The notes: a model not told the origin generated them from the letters alone. Positions 9,069 to 19,772 are shown, counted from the whole stretch's first letter. The stretch: DNA of 62,574 nt, filler included, from a bacterium (GCA_024278215.1; 5 parts of 5 records of this genome joined end to end with filler, not necessarily neighbours in it); one strand, 5' to 3'. Program-made: numbers and translations.

Positions 9069-9882
9069 TGACCCTGCCTTCACCGCTCAAAAATCTTGTA
9101 AGGCGCACAGTGGAGCCACCATCCAAATATTTTATGCTGTCAACAAGTTTGCTGACAAGGAAGAGACCGCGGCCCCGGTCACGGCAGATACCTTCATCAT
9201 CAGTCGGGTCGGGTATGTTATCGACTTCAAACCCTTCTCCTTCGTCATTTATCTCGAATTCGAGTCTGTCGTCGTAGATATGGCAGAAAATGTTCACAGT
9301 TTTGTCTGGGTCCATCTTGTTGCCGTGTTCGATGGCGTTGATGCCGAGTTCGTGGAGAGCAAGTTTGATTTCCCATATTTCGTCCGGCGCAAGGTCGGTG
9401 CGAAGAAACAATTGCCCGATGAGTTCGTTGACTTTTTCGATGTAACTGAACCTGCTCTCGAAGTGGAAAGAAATCTCGTGTTTGATGCCGAGTTCCTCGT
9501 GGCTGCGCCTGCTTTTCTCGATAGTATTCCGAATTGAAGTCAGCAGATCAGCTATCTCGAATGGTTTGGAGATATAAGAGTCCGCCCCTGTCTTAAGTCC
9601 TGTGATCTTGTCTTCCTCGGTGCTTTTCGCAGACAGCATCAGGATGGGAATGGCATTGTATTCGCGCTGTATTTTAAGCCGCTGGCAAACTTCGTAACCG
9701 TCGATTTTCGGCATCATAATGTCGAGTATGATGAGGTCGTATTTGTTTTCATGCACCTTTTCCAGTGCATCGGCGCCATCGTAAGCACAATGAGGCTCGA
9801 AACCTTTGAAGGTCAGGTATCGTGACAACATGTTACACAAGTCTATGTCGTCGTCAACTATCAGAATTCGTTGTTTAGCCAT
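9040..9882 (-). CDS. Response regulator receiver fused to RsbW/SpoIIAB-like kinase (HATPase) domain
   Basis: ILIVDDD, LDIMMP, YISKPF; then LALHELGINAIEHGN, DEGEGF, GRGLFLV. Confidence 0.9.
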   Translation of the reverse strand: MAKQRILIVDDDIDLCNMLSRYLTFKGFEPHCAYDGADALEKVHENKYDLIILDIMMPKIDGYEVCQRLKIQREYNAIPILMLSAKSTEEDKITGLKTGADSYISKPFEIADLLTSIRNTIEKSRRSHEELGIKHEISFHFESRFSYIEKVNELIGQLFLRTDLAPDEIWEIKLALHELGINAIEHGNKMDPDKTVNIFCHIYDDRLEFEINDEGEGFEVDNIPDPTDDEGICRDRGRGLFLVSKLVDSIKYLDGGSTVRLTRFLSGEGRVNGRFNKTRK

Positions 9883-9890
9883 TGTTTATT

Positions 9891-10640
9891 TCAAATCATT
9901 TCAGTGATGCGTGGAAGCGCGGTTTCCACAGTTTCCCTTAGTACAACATCCGCCATAGAATCAACATAAGTCGGCTGCAAATTTACTACAATAAGTTTCG
10001 CTCCGTAGCTGCGTGCCATGCGCGGAAGCATTGATGCCGGGGCGACGGTAAGTGACGAACCTACTACTATCAGGACGTCGCATTCTTCACAGTCCTGCTG
10101 GGCCTGCATAAGAACTTTGAGCGGAAGTTGTTCTCCGAACAGCACCACATCCGGCTTAATGATTCCTCTGCGTTCGCAGTCGCAACGAGGCACATCGCTG
10201 TTTTCGAGCTTTTCCTTAATATCCCCGGAAGTATACTGTTTTCTGCATTCCATGCAAAAAGCCCGGTCGCCGTTCCCGTGCAATTCGAGCACATTCTTCG
10301 AGCCGGCCTTCCGGTGAAGATTGTCGATGTTCTGGGTGACCACACAGTGAAGGCGGCCTCCGGATTCCCATTCGGCAAGTGCGAAGTGGGCCGGGTTCGG
10401 TTCGGCGGCTGCAACTATTTTGGCGAGTGGACCCATGAACTGATAGAACTTTTCCGGCCTTTTCATGAACGAATCAATTGTTGCCACTTCTATCGGGTCG
10501 ATCTTTTCCCACAACCCCGACCCCGGGCTCCTGAAATCAGGGATCCCCGACGGGGTGCTGATACCGGCACCGGAAAGCGCTACGGTTTTTCGCGAGCCGC
10601 GTAATAGTGCCGCTGCTTTTTTGAAAAGTTTTTCACGCAT
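9891..10640 (-). CDS. cobB: NAD-dependent protein deacylase (Sir2 family)
   Basis: GAGISTPSGIPDFR, TQNIDNLH, ELHG, KPDVVLFGE, GSSL. Confidence 0.95.
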   Translation of the reverse strand: MREKLFKKAAALLRGSRKTVALSGAGISTPSGIPDFRSPGSGLWEKIDPIEVATIDSFMKRPEKFYQFMGPLAKIVAAAEPNPAHFALAEWESGGRLHCVVTQNIDNLHRKAGSKNVLELHGNGDRAFCMECRKQYTSGDIKEKLENSDVPRCDCERRGIIKPDVVLFGEQLPLKVLMQAQQDCEECDVLIVVGSSLTVAPASMLPRMARSYGAKLIVVNLQPTYVDSMADVVLRETVETALPRITEMI

Positions 10641-10691
10641 TATTGTTGTTTGAAATAATAAAATAAATGCTTCAATAACTCAGCCGCCATA

Positions 10692-11471
10692 TTATTTTGC
10701 CGAAGCTTTTTTAACAGACATCCCGGCACCGAGACTTTTGAAATACCTCTTGAAGTCATTATAGCCTGCCGGGTAGCCGGTGCGTTTCCTGATGACGCCG
10801 TTGCCGTCGAGCAGAAGAATCACCGGCACTCCATTAATGAAGTAGTTCTGTGCCATGGAATTCTCGTAATCAATGTTGATGGTGACGACATTGACTTCTC
10901 TGGAAAAATCGTTTTCGAATCTATCTATCTCCGGTCGTGTGCGCTTACAATAGCCGCACCATTTGGCCATAAAGAATAGAAGTTGCGGCATTTCTTTTTT
11001 AATACCTTCAGCGAGTTTCTTCTGGCTTTCGGACGTTTTTGTATTGCTTGTCAGGGCCGCTTCGAGTTGTTTTTCCGTAAAGTCTACAATCCAGACTCCC
11101 GACACGCCACGGTCGGGCCGCACAAGAAAAACAGAGGGGACATACTCGACGCCGTAACTGTAACGCAGTTCGCTGACTTTCATTGCGTCGATGGAAACGA
11201 CTTGCGCGCCATGTTTTTTTGCAAGTTTTTCCACCATGGGTATTTCATCTGCGCTGTCTTCAACAATGTCGGAATAAAAATAAATGAACACAGCCTTGTC
11301 GGCTCTCAGGGCGGTGCCGATTTTCTGTGACGATTCATCGAGTGTCGATGTTGCCGGCTTTTTCTCTACAGCGGGAACTCTTTGCGTCATAACCGTCATG
11401 AAGACAAACAGGAAAACGCATAATGTGAACGTTTTGTGGATTGTATATGTTTTGTTAATCAAGATAGACAT
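10692..11471 (-). CDS. Exported tandem thioredoxin-domain protein
   Basis: N-terminal TM/signal; first Trx fold lacks CxxC, second has WCGYC and GVP; GAAGGAG RBS before ATG 11471. Confidence 0.8.
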   Translation of the reverse strand: MSILINKTYTIHKTFTLCVFLFVFMTVMTQRVPAVEKKPATSTLDESSQKIGTALRADKAVFIYFYSDIVEDSADEIPMVEKLAKKHGAQVVSIDAMKVSELRYSYGVEYVPSVFLVRPDRGVSGVWIVDFTEKQLEAALTSNTKTSESQKKLAEGIKKEMPQLLFFMAKWCGYCKRTRPEIDRFENDFSREVNVVTINIDYENSMAQNYFINGVPVILLLDGNGVIRKRTGYPAGYNDFKRYFKSLGAGMSVKKASAK

Positions 11472-11614
11472 TGCTCCTTCAACACATATTATAGCAATAA
11501 ATTGGAATAGGGCCATATTTTTAAATATCAAATTTCATAACAGGGAACCTGGCAGACAGCATATTTTCTAAATACGTAAAATAGGAACAACCTGTTCAAT
11601 TTCGATGAATTAAG

Positions 11615-11623
11615 TGATATAAT
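11615..11623 (+). promoter_or_regulatory. Extended -10 sigma70 promoter of the acyl-CoA dehydrogenase
   Basis: TGaTATAAT about 100 bp upstream of ATG 11721. Confidence 0.5.
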
Positions 11624-11720
11624 TCCGTGGTTTGAGCTGTATTTCTCATGTGCAGAAATGATATTGTGATAACGTACTGAAATGAAACAAAAAATTTTTA
11701 TCATAATGGAGGACTGAATT

Positions 11721-13601
11721 ATGGCAGACTACAAAGTGGACTTAAGGGACGTGAAATTTGTCCTGAACGAGTATCTTGGATTGGAAAAATTGTGTGAGTT
11801 TTCGAGGTTCAAGGAACTCGATTTCGACGCGGACATGCTGAACGACATGATGCAGCAGGGTCTGAAATTTGCGCAGGAAACACTTGCTCCGATCAACAAG
11901 GAAGGCGACGAAGCCGGCGCAAAAAATGAAAACGGACAGGTGATAGTGCCGAAGTGCTACCACGAACCATACTGGACGTATGTCAATAACGGGTGGGGCG
12001 CGACGACCTCGAATCCGGAGTACGGCGGAATGGGCCTGCCGGAAATTATCAACACATGCGTCGGTGAATTCTTCTCCGGCTCGAACTGCTCGTTCGCTAT
12101 GATGCCGGGGCTGACAAAATCGGCCGCGTATGTTATCGACTCGTGCGGAAGCGATGAGCAGAAAGAGAAGTATCTTGAAAAAATGTACACGGGCGTATGG
12201 GCGGGAACGATGTGTCTTACTGAACCGCAGGCAGGCTCGGACGTGGGCGCCAGCAAGACTATGGCATACCCGATCGAAGGTAAAGAAAACTGCTACAAGA
12301 TTGTCGGCAACAAGCAGTTTATCACTTTCGGCGACAACAATATCACTGAAAATGTCATACATCTTGTGCTCGCTCGCACACCCGGCGCTCCCGCGGGTAC
12401 GAGGGGCATCGGCCTCTTCATCGTTCCCCGAAACAAGATCAACGAAGACGGCTCGTCCGGCGAAAGCAATGATGTGGCATGTCCGAGCATCGAACATAAA
12501 ATGGGCATCCACGGCTCACCGACCTGCGTGCTGAACTTCGGCGACAACGACAACTGCGAAGGCGAACTTATCGGCGACATCTACAGCGGAATGAAATATA
12601 TGTTCATCATGATGAACGAAGAACGACTGATGGTCGGCATGCAGGGCATGGCGATGGCCGGTGCGGCCTATATGGCGGCGCTTAAGTACTCCCAGGAACG
12701 CCAGCAGGGTTGCCACATCACAAAGATGAGAGAACCCGACGCGCCCAAGGTCACCATCGACCAGCACCCGGATGTGCGCAGGATGCTCATGACGATGAAA
12801 GCTTATACGGAAGGTATGCGCGCGCTGCTCTACACTACAGGCCAGTATATTGATTATGGACACTGGAGCGACGACGAGGAAGAGAAGAAAAAATACAGCG
12901 GCTTCGTCGAACTCCTTACCCCGATATGCAAAGCCTACTGCTCGGACACGGCTTTCAGGGTCACCGAGATGGCAATGCAGACACATGGCGGATACGGCTA
13001 CTGCTCCGAGTATCCGGTGGAACAGTATTGTAGCGACACAAAGATCACTTCAATATATGAAGGTACGAACGCTATCCAGGCGCTCGACCTTCTCGGTCGC
13101 AAACTGCCCATGAAGGGCGGCTCGGTGATGATGAGTTTCGTGCAGGAAATAAATGAGAGGCTTGGTAAGCTGAAGGACAATGAAGCAACTGCCGATATGG
13201 CCGCCAGGCTTTCCGATGCTCTGAACAAAACGCAGGCTGTCATCATGAAATTCATGGGGCTGTCCAAGGAAAAGAGCTTGCAGGCATACGTCCCGTTCAT
13301 CAACGCCTGCGACCTGCTGGAGATGCTCGGCGACTTCCTCTGCGGGTTCTTCCTCGCCGAAGAGGCCGCCATAGCCGACGGTAAGTTCAAGGCTATCTGC
13401 GCGGAAAAAGGCGCATCGGACGACGCGGCTGTCGCCGCGCTTCTGAAAGACAGCGAAGAGGCTAAATTCTACTATTCAAAAGTGCAGACAGCGGACTTCT
13501 TCATGAACAATCTTCTGCCGCGCGTGCACTGGAAAGAATCAGCGATAAATAATTTGAACACAGCATGTATGAATGACGTGTTCCCTAACCTCGTCGACTG
13601 A
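11721..13601 (+). CDS. Acyl-CoA dehydrogenase (long, DmdC-like)
   Basis: GTMCLTEPQAGSDVG, EHKMGIHGSPTC, QTHGGYGYCSEYPVEQY, IYEGTNAIQALDL. Confidence 0.95.
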   Translation: MADYKVDLRDVKFVLNEYLGLEKLCEFSRFKELDFDADMLNDMMQQGLKFAQETLAPINKEGDEAGAKNENGQVIVPKCYHEPYWTYVNNGWGATTSNPEYGGMGLPEIINTCVGEFFSGSNCSFAMMPGLTKSAAYVIDSCGSDEQKEKYLEKMYTGVWAGTMCLTEPQAGSDVGASKTMAYPIEGKENCYKIVGNKQFITFGDNNITENVIHLVLARTPGAPAGTRGIGLFIVPRNKINEDGSSGESNDVACPSIEHKMGIHGSPTCVLNFGDNDNCEGELIGDIYSGMKYMFIMMNEERLMVGMQGMAMAGAAYMAALKYSQERQQGCHITKMREPDAPKVTIDQHPDVRRMLMTMKAYTEGMRALLYTTGQYIDYGHWSDDEEEKKKYSGFVELLTPICKAYCSDTAFRVTEMAMQTHGGYGYCSEYPVEQYCSDTKITSIYEGTNAIQALDLLGRKLPMKGGSVMMSFVQEINERLGKLKDNEATADMAARLSDALNKTQAVIMKFMGLSKEKSLQAYVPFINACDLLEMLGDFLCGFFLAEEAAIADGKFKAICAEKGASDDAAVAALLKDSEEAKFYYSKVQTADFFMNNLLPRVHWKESAINNLNTACMNDVFPNLVD

Positions 13602-13626
13602 AATTATTCATGACAAAGCAGATAAT

Positions 13627-13659
13627 AAAAACCCCGGCGCATTCTGGCCGGGGTTTTTT
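13627..13659 (+). terminator. Rho-independent terminator
   Basis: AAAAA-CCCCGGC-gcattctg-GCCGGGG-TTTTTT 25 bp after the stop codon. Confidence 0.85.
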
Positions 13660-13676
13660 GGGGATATAGTCATAGT

Positions 13677-15803
13677 ATGTCGAATGGAATCCTGACAGCG
13701 CTTCTCGCGCCCGTGGAGTACAAGCCCGACCCTTTCGTTCCCGATTTTCGCGAGATAATAATATTTTTATGCGTCGGCCTGGTGGTCGCAACGGTAATCT
13801 TCCTTGCCGGTCGGCATATCGTCAGGTATGGCTTAGCATATCAGGATAAGAACAGAACATCATTTCCTGTTATATATTGGCTTTACCCTTCCATTATCGG
13901 GATCGCGGCTTTTTTCATAATCCATCCGTTTATAAATGTGGAGTCCATACATAACATGGAGGACCTCTATATCGGCTATCCACGCGGGACGGGCCTGCTC
14001 GTACTGCTGTTTCACGATATGATTTACAACCATCTCCCCTTTTTCAGACTCGCCGTCTCCTTGCTGTCACTTTACAGCGACGATATTATTGCGATAAGAA
14101 CAATGAGCCTGATCGTACACTGCGCCACGGTTGTTCCTTTCTACAATCTCGCAAGGTCTTTATATGGCCGGCGCGCCGCATGGCTTTCGGCAATTTTGTT
14201 TACGCTTGCGCCTCTGACTCTGTATTATTCGAAAGTGGCGTTGCCGTACAGTTGGCTGAGATTCTTTTCGACGTTGTTTATCTGGTTGTTTTTTGTTCGC
14301 CTGCGTGACAGCCGTGCAAGCCACTGGCCGTTGATAGCCGCCGGTGTGCTGGGATGCTACGTCCATCAATTCTTTTTCCTGATAGTCGCGGGATCGTTTG
14401 TGACACTCGTGATCACTTCCGACAGCAGGGAAGAAAGAGTGCGGCGCATACGGAATTTCGCGTCGGTGTACGGATACATGATGATATTCGCATCGCCGCT
14501 CGCTGTCATGCAGATTTTGCTAATATCGACAAATATGACTCTTCTGGCATCCGGTGTTACCACGCTGATTGGGTTGGTTCCCTATGCTGTGAATCCTTCC
14601 CTGGCGGCCCTGAGAGACGCCGTGGCGTTTCCCGGTATGTTCTTCGTTCTCAGCTCGGCGAGATCGTCTTTCATTGCGGGAATTGTGGTAATCGTCATTG
14701 CTGCTGTTGCCTTCTCGTTTCGTTCGAACCGCAAGTCGCCGCTTTTCATCATGACCGCCTGCGTGACGGCCTTGTATCTTGTGTTGACGCTTTTCTATCA
14801 CAATGTTGTGTTCAGCGGCGGAATGAAAGGCTGGATACCTATGTGGAGACACGGGTTGGAGATAGCCCCACTGCTTTTTCTTCTCGCGGCGGGTTTGATG
14901 AAGCAGGCATTTTCTTCAGGAAAGGGAAAGTTCGTTTATGTGTTGTTCGGGATGATTTTTCTTGTCCAGAGCGCATCGGCGGCAAGAATTCTTAAAGGGC
15001 CGAATGTGCCAGACGCACGCGGTGCGGCAAAGCATGTAATGTCGCACGTTCGTGACGGAGACGCTGTTATTTCGCTGCCCAGTCCTATCGTTCTGAGTTC
15101 AACTTTTGATTACTACTTTTTTCCACGCGAGACAGATGTCGGTGAATATCCCCGATGGATCGCGCTGAAAGAAAACACCTCGATTCTGGCGGATTGCAGT
15201 GATGAATTCGTGACGTATAAATCACTGTCGCAAGTGCTTTTTATACGCCGGATATGGAAGCTCGAATTTGATTCCAGGTATTTCGGTATATTCCCGGAGT
15301 TCGCCAAAAATAGAATCGGGAACTTCGACACGGCTTTCAATAACTGGCGTGTCGTCGGCGAGAAGAGACTTCCCTTTGTCACGTTGCGCCTTATGGAAGC
15401 GCCGCCGCCCGCTTTTCCGACGGGAGACACCCTGATAATCGAAGCCGGCGTCAACGACCTGAGATTCGTGCGTGGAACTAAAGAAAGTGTATTCATCTCA
15501 AGTGAAAGCAGAACCATAACCGGCGATGGAGAGCTTGTGATACCGACGGCTGTTGACAGAAATATTGAAAAGGTGGAATTGCTTTACGGTAACAGCGTAA
15601 AAAAAACAGTTGACATTTCGCCGAGGAATTCACGAGTATACGCCTCTTTTGAAAAGGGCGGCCTTTATCTGATTTCATTGAAAACCGCCGAGGGAATCGA
15701 ATATGACACGATAAAAGTTTCCTTCGTGCCGGCGAAGCAAACGCTCCGGCAATATCCACGGACCGGTACCTTGCCAATCGCCCTCCCGGCGAATATTCCC
15801 TGA
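13677..15803 (+). CDS. GT-C fold membrane glycosyltransferase (ArnT/PMT-like)
   Basis: Many TM helices; HLPFF, IRTMSL, APLTLYYS..ALPYS; periplasmic C-terminal domain. Confidence 0.7.
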   Translation: MSNGILTALLAPVEYKPDPFVPDFREIIIFLCVGLVVATVIFLAGRHIVRYGLAYQDKNRTSFPVIYWLYPSIIGIAAFFIIHPFINVESIHNMEDLYIGYPRGTGLLVLLFHDMIYNHLPFFRLAVSLLSLYSDDIIAIRTMSLIVHCATVVPFYNLARSLYGRRAAWLSAILFTLAPLTLYYSKVALPYSWLRFFSTLFIWLFFVRLRDSRASHWPLIAAGVLGCYVHQFFFLIVAGSFVTLVITSDSREERVRRIRNFASVYGYMMIFASPLAVMQILLISTNMTLLASGVTTLIGLVPYAVNPSLAALRDAVAFPGMFFVLSSARSSFIAGIVVIVIAAVAFSFRSNRKSPLFIMTACVTALYLVLTLFYHNVVFSGGMKGWIPMWRHGLEIAPLLFLLAAGLMKQAFSSGKGKFVYVLFGMIFLVQSASAARILKGPNVPDARGAAKHVMSHVRDGDAVISLPSPIVLSSTFDYYFFPRETDVGEYPRWIALKENTSILADCSDEFVTYKSLSQVLFIRRIWKLEFDSRYFGIFPEFAKNRIGNFDTAFNNWRVVGEKRLPFVTLRLMEAPPPAFPTGDTLIIEAGVNDLRFVRGTKESVFISSESRTITGDGELVIPTAVDRNIEKVELLYGNSVKKTVDISPRNSRVYASFEKGGLYLISLKTAEGIEYDTIKVSFVPAKQTLRQYPRTGTLPIALPANIP

Positions 15804-15869
15804 CATCATATTTCACGGTAACTGTTCACGGCCCCACGTGGACTCACAAATGACGTCGGTTTCATTGCA

Positions 15870-16778
15870 TCATTCCGTCAGTGCGGCTACAAGGTTGCGC
15901 AGGGTGTTGTTCACAGGAGCGCGCAGGCCGTGTTTTCGCGCGGCGGCGACGACATAGCCGCATATATAGTCGATCTCGGTCTGTCTGCCCGCCGCCACGT
16001 CCTGGTGCATTGAAGAAATATTTTTTGCGGTTCTGCGCGCTACCCCCTCGACAAGTTCGACGGCGTTTAAGTTGCCGGGGTCCACACCTTCCGCGCGTGC
16101 GATTCCCTCTGCTTCCAAAACCGCGGAACAAAGGATGTCGTGTGCCGACTGTCTGTCGAGTATTTCTCCGTTTTTTATTCGCAGAAGCGCTGTAACAGGA
16201 TTGATGCCGACATTTATCAGAAGTTTTTTCCAGAGCAGTCCACGCACATTCCCTGTTGTTGTAGTGTTTATTCCCGCATTGTTCAGCGTGGCCGAGAGTT
16301 CCCGAACCCGCTCCGAGTCCGAACCGTCGAACTCGCCGATGCTTGTCTCCCCGCTGCCCGCATGCCTGATATGACCTTCAGCGAGAAGTGTAGCGCCTTC
16401 GGATGTCGTGCCCGCCAACACCTTTTCCGCACCGAAAATGGCCATAAGAATTTCAGCGTTTCCCATACCATTCTGCATTGTCATCACCCATGCGTCACTA
16501 CGAACACAGTCCGCAAGACGTGTCGCGGCGGCGCGTGTCGAGTATGCTTTCACCATGAATATCACGCCATCGCTGCCACTTACGACCGCCGGGTCCGCGG
16601 ACGTACTGATTGCGTGTGTCTCCCGTTTTTCACCGGTCTCGACGACAACACCCTGTTTTGATAATCGCCCGGCGCGTTCCGCTTTATAGTCGACAAGCGT
16701 AACATCCGTACCGGCGGCGGATAATTTCGCGGCGAACAGGCATCCCATCGAACCCGGTCCGACTATTGATATTTTCAT
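15870..16778 (-). CDS. panE: 2-dehydropantoate 2-reductase
   Basis: GPGSMG, VKAY, QNGMG, WKKLLINVGINP, SSMHQD, TEIDYICG. Confidence 0.95.
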   Translation of the reverse strand: MKISIVGPGSMGCLFAAKLSAAGTDVTLVDYKAERAGRLSKQGVVVETGEKRETHAISTSADPAVVSGSDGVIFMVKAYSTRAAATRLADCVRSDAWVMTMQNGMGNAEILMAIFGAEKVLAGTTSEGATLLAEGHIRHAGSGETSIGEFDGSDSERVRELSATLNNAGINTTTTGNVRGLLWKKLLINVGINPVTALLRIKNGEILDRQSAHDILCSAVLEAEGIARAEGVDPGNLNAVELVEGVARRTAKNISSMHQDVAAGRQTEIDYICGYVVAAARKHGLRAPVNNTLRNLVAALTE

Positions 16779-16788
16779 GGCTGTCCTC

Positions 16789-17907
16789 CTACAAGTCTTT
16801 CACACTCTCAATTATTTTCAATACCCACTCGGAGATCGTCTCCAACTCGGATATTGAAATCTCTTCGTCTGTCGTGTGGCAGTTTCTCATTGCAGTGCCT
16901 ATGGGTATGGTGGGAACACCATGTTCGTTGAAAATATTTGCGTCGCTTCCGCCGCCCGCTGCTTTTATTACAGGGTCTATGCAAAGTTCACTGGCGGCGG
17001 TGCATGTTGCCCGGATAACCGGCGAATCCGCGTCGATTTTGTATTGCCTGTATTCATGCTTGAGTTCAATCTCGAAACGCGCGCCGAATTCCGACGCGGC
17101 TCTTTCCACCGCACTTCGCATATCAGCGATCTGCTTTTCAAGCTTTTGCGGATTGTGGCTTCGCGCCTCGGCATCTATTACGACGGAATCAGGCACAATG
17201 TTTGTTGCGCGTCCACCCTTTATGACACCTACGTTGGAAGTGGTTTCATCGTCAATGCGACCGATATTCATGCGGGCGATCGCGCGGGATGCGACCTGGA
17301 TAGCGTTGATGCCCTTTTCAGGCTCCATGCCCGCGTGTGCCGAACGTCCGAATATTTTCACTATCAGCGTGTCGTGAGCGGGCGCGGCGTTGTAGACGAG
17401 GCCCGCCGGGCCGGGGCAGTCGAGGGAGAGCCCGAAATCTGCCGCGAACAACGCGGGGGCGGCGTTGCGCGCGCCCAGCAGTCCGATCTCTTCGGCCACT
17501 GTGATCGCGAGCAGCAGGTCTCCGTGTGGTATTTGCTTCTCGCCAAGCCGCGTCACCGCCTCGATAATGACCGCAAGTCCTGCTTTGTCGTCGCCGCCGA
17601 GAACCGTCCCGCCAGCCGACCGGATAATATCGTCCTCGATAACCGGCTCGATACATGTGCCCGGTTTTACTGTATCCATGTGCGCGTTCAGCAACAGCGA
17701 CGGCGCGCCCGCCGCGTCGCCTTTTATCCTCACAAACAGGTTGCCGCAGTTGCCGCCGATCTTTTCGCTTGTGTCGTCTTCTGTTATTTCCGACGTGAAA
17801 GGCGCGAACTTTCCCTTGAGATAATCGCATACCGCGCGTTCATTCTTCGATTCACTGTCTATCTTTATAAGCTCCAGAAACGTTTCTATCAGTCTGCTGT
17901 GCCGCAT
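16789..17907 (-). CDS. M20 family peptidase (peptidase T-like)
   Basis: NAHMDTV, LGGDDKAG, EEIGLLGA, AHAG..PEKG, GGGSDAN, HTTDE. Confidence 0.92.
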   Translation of the reverse strand: MRHSRLIETFLELIKIDSESKNERAVCDYLKGKFAPFTSEITEDDTSEKIGGNCGNLFVRIKGDAAGAPSLLLNAHMDTVKPGTCIEPVIEDDIIRSAGGTVLGGDDKAGLAVIIEAVTRLGEKQIPHGDLLLAITVAEEIGLLGARNAAPALFAADFGLSLDCPGPAGLVYNAAPAHDTLIVKIFGRSAHAGMEPEKGINAIQVASRAIARMNIGRIDDETTSNVGVIKGGRATNIVPDSVVIDAEARSHNPQKLEKQIADMRSAVERAASEFGARFEIELKHEYRQYKIDADSPVIRATCTAASELCIDPVIKAAGGGSDANIFNEHGVPTIPIGTAMRNCHTTDEEISISELETISEWVLKIIESVKDL

Positions 17908-17956
17908 AAAAACATGTTCTCCATTTCACAAAAGGCAACAGGGCGAATCCGCCCCG

Positions 17957-18583
17957 TTAATATTTGAATACATAATAAAGCATCTTTACATACTCCAGAA
18001 TTATTGTGATGAAGTCGTCTTCCTTATTCCACCAGCCTTCGAGTGAAATCTGCGCCATATCTTCAGGTACAGGCGCATAAATGAGTTCGGCATTATAGTC
18101 TTTAAATACTTTATTTGCGGTATACCTGATACGTCTCATATGGAACGGCGAACTGACGAGTATGGCCGAATGGAGATCATTCTTTTTCATAAATTCTTTC
18201 AGTCCGACTGTCTCCTCAAAGGTGCTGGTGCCGACGTGAATCTGAGCTGTGTTTTTATAAGGAACACCTCTTTTAACAAGAACGCGCTGGTTAAGCATTT
18301 CGTCGTTGTAATATAGTCCCAGAGCGAGAAGATCATGATTGACCAGTATGCCGCCGGTAACAACCAGAGGTGCGTATCCTTTATTATAAAGTTCGGCGGC
18401 GTAGGCGGAACGTATGATTGTCGATCCCCCGTATACATATATAAGATCGGCCTTTTTCAGTGGCGATTCGATCTTAAGCCAGCGTCCCATTTTATTCGGG
18501 ATGTATCCGCTGACGAATCCGGCGGCAAGGGCAAGCATGATTACGATGAAGGTTATAAATAATATGATCTTTTTCTTTCGCAT
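17957..18583 (-). CDS. YdcF/DUF218 family protein
   Basis: N-terminal TM, ADLIYVYGG, STFEET, LVSSPFHMRR, EYVK. Confidence 0.85.
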   Translation of the reverse strand: MRKKKIILFITFIVIMLALAAGFVSGYIPNKMGRWLKIESPLKKADLIYVYGGSTIIRSAYAAELYNKGYAPLVVTGGILVNHDLLALGLYYNDEMLNQRVLVKRGVPYKNTAQIHVGTSTFEETVGLKEFMKKNDLHSAILVSSPFHMRRIRYTANKVFKDYNAELIYAPVPEDMAQISLEGWWNKEDDFITIILEYVKMLYYVFKY

Positions 18584-18596
18584 AATCAGTCCGGTA

Positions 18597-19301
18597 TTAT
18601 TTCGATCCTTTCGATTCGTAGCGAAAGCCGCGCGCGAGCAATTCTTCGATTGAAATATCAGGGTCGGCAATACGCGGCGCGGCGATTCGCTCGACTTTCT
18701 CGAACTCCTCGAGCGTATCCACAGTTACGCGTTTGCCTTGGAATATTTCAGGGAAGTCATGCCTGAAAAACTGTACGTTGCATTTCGCGGGCGGCTTATA
18801 GAGGTACAGCGTTACGTGTTCGCGCATCGACATGTCTTTGCACTCGCGGTCCGCCATGCGAAGAGATTCCGACTGAACGATCTCACCGAAAATACCGAGC
18901 GGCAGTCCGGACGGCACAGTATAGTCGGCCCCGGTTCGCAGGTGTTCCGCTACAGTCGCGTCGATTATAAAAGGGTCCGTGAGCGGATTATCGCCCGTGA
19001 TCCGCACTACGGTATCTGCGGGCCATCTGTCCAGGCAACCGCAATATCGACCGAGCACATCGTCGACATCGCCGCGGAAAACGTCGAAGCACGCGTCGCG
19101 GCATATCCTCTCGACTTTGTCGTCGTCGTCGCGCGTCGTAGTTGCCACCACAACTTTGTCCATCAATTTCGACCTCGCAACATTTCGCAGCAGGAATTCG
19201 ATCATCGGCATGCCGTTGAAGTCTCTTGCAACTTTGCCTTTAAGCCGCATGGAGTTATATCTCGCCTGAACTATGCCCAGAACATCCGCTTTTTCAGTCA
19301 T
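18597..19301 (-). CDS. SpsF-like cytidylyltransferase
   Basis: IVQARYNSMRLKGKV, FRGDVDDVLGRY, VRITGDNP, REHVT, TVDT. Confidence 0.9.
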   Translation of the reverse strand: MTEKADVLGIVQARYNSMRLKGKVARDFNGMPMIEFLLRNVARSKLMDKVVVATTTRDDDDKVERICRDACFDVFRGDVDDVLGRYCGCLDRWPADTVVRITGDNPLTDPFIIDATVAEHLRTGADYTVPSGLPLGIFGEIVQSESLRMADRECKDMSMREHVTLYLYKPPAKCNVQFFRHDFPEIFQGKRVTVDTLEEFEKVERIAAPRIADPDISIEELLARGFRYESKGSK

Positions 19302-19323
19302 GTTTACACTATTCTTCGCAGTC

Positions 19324-19661
19324 TTATTCAGTATTTCCTTTTTTTGTGTGTCCGCGCCAGAATTCGAGACGCTTCTTTATGTTCTTTTCGTGTCCCTGTT
19401 CCGAGGGGCTGTAATAAACGGTTCCCGCCAGTTCGCCGGGGAAATATTCCTGCCCTACAAAGTGGCCGGGGAAGTCGTGCGGATATTTGTAGGCGTCCTT
19501 CTTGACTTTTTCTTTAGTGAAGTCGTAGTTGCGCAGGTGTAGCGGGACAGGGCCGTGCGCTTTTCCCTGCACATCGGCGAGCGCCTTGTGCATCGCCTTA
19601 TAAGCAGCGTTGCTTTTTGTGCATGTCGCGAGGAAAACGCAACATGAAGATAATGGTATGC
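19324..19661 (-). CDS. rarA: Replication-associated recombination protein A, C-terminal fragment
   Basis: KSNAAY, PVPLHLRN, YKYPHDFPGHFVGQEYFP; truncated by contig end. Confidence 0.85.
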
Positions 19662-19761
19662 NNNNNNNNNNNNNNNNNNNNNNNNNNNNNNNNNNNNNNN
19701 NNNNNTTAATTAATTAANNNNNNNNNNNNNNNNNNNNNNNNNNNNNNNNNNNNNNNNNNNN
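19662..19761. other. Artificial contig spacer
   Basis: N-run with TTAATTAATTAA linker; same at 30369-30468, 36349-36448, 56330-56429. Confidence 0.99.
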
Positions 19762-19772
19762 ATGCGCTCGGG

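Noticed and set aside
16876-17967. Long antisense ORFs (also 32536-33489, 33680-35083, 38778-39728, 41619-42506, 48880-49974)
   Set aside because: Shadows of well-supported genes on the opposite strand in GC-rich coding sequence; no motifs
19706-19717. TTAATTAATTAA repeated four times in the window
   Set aside because: Assembly linker within N-runs, not biological
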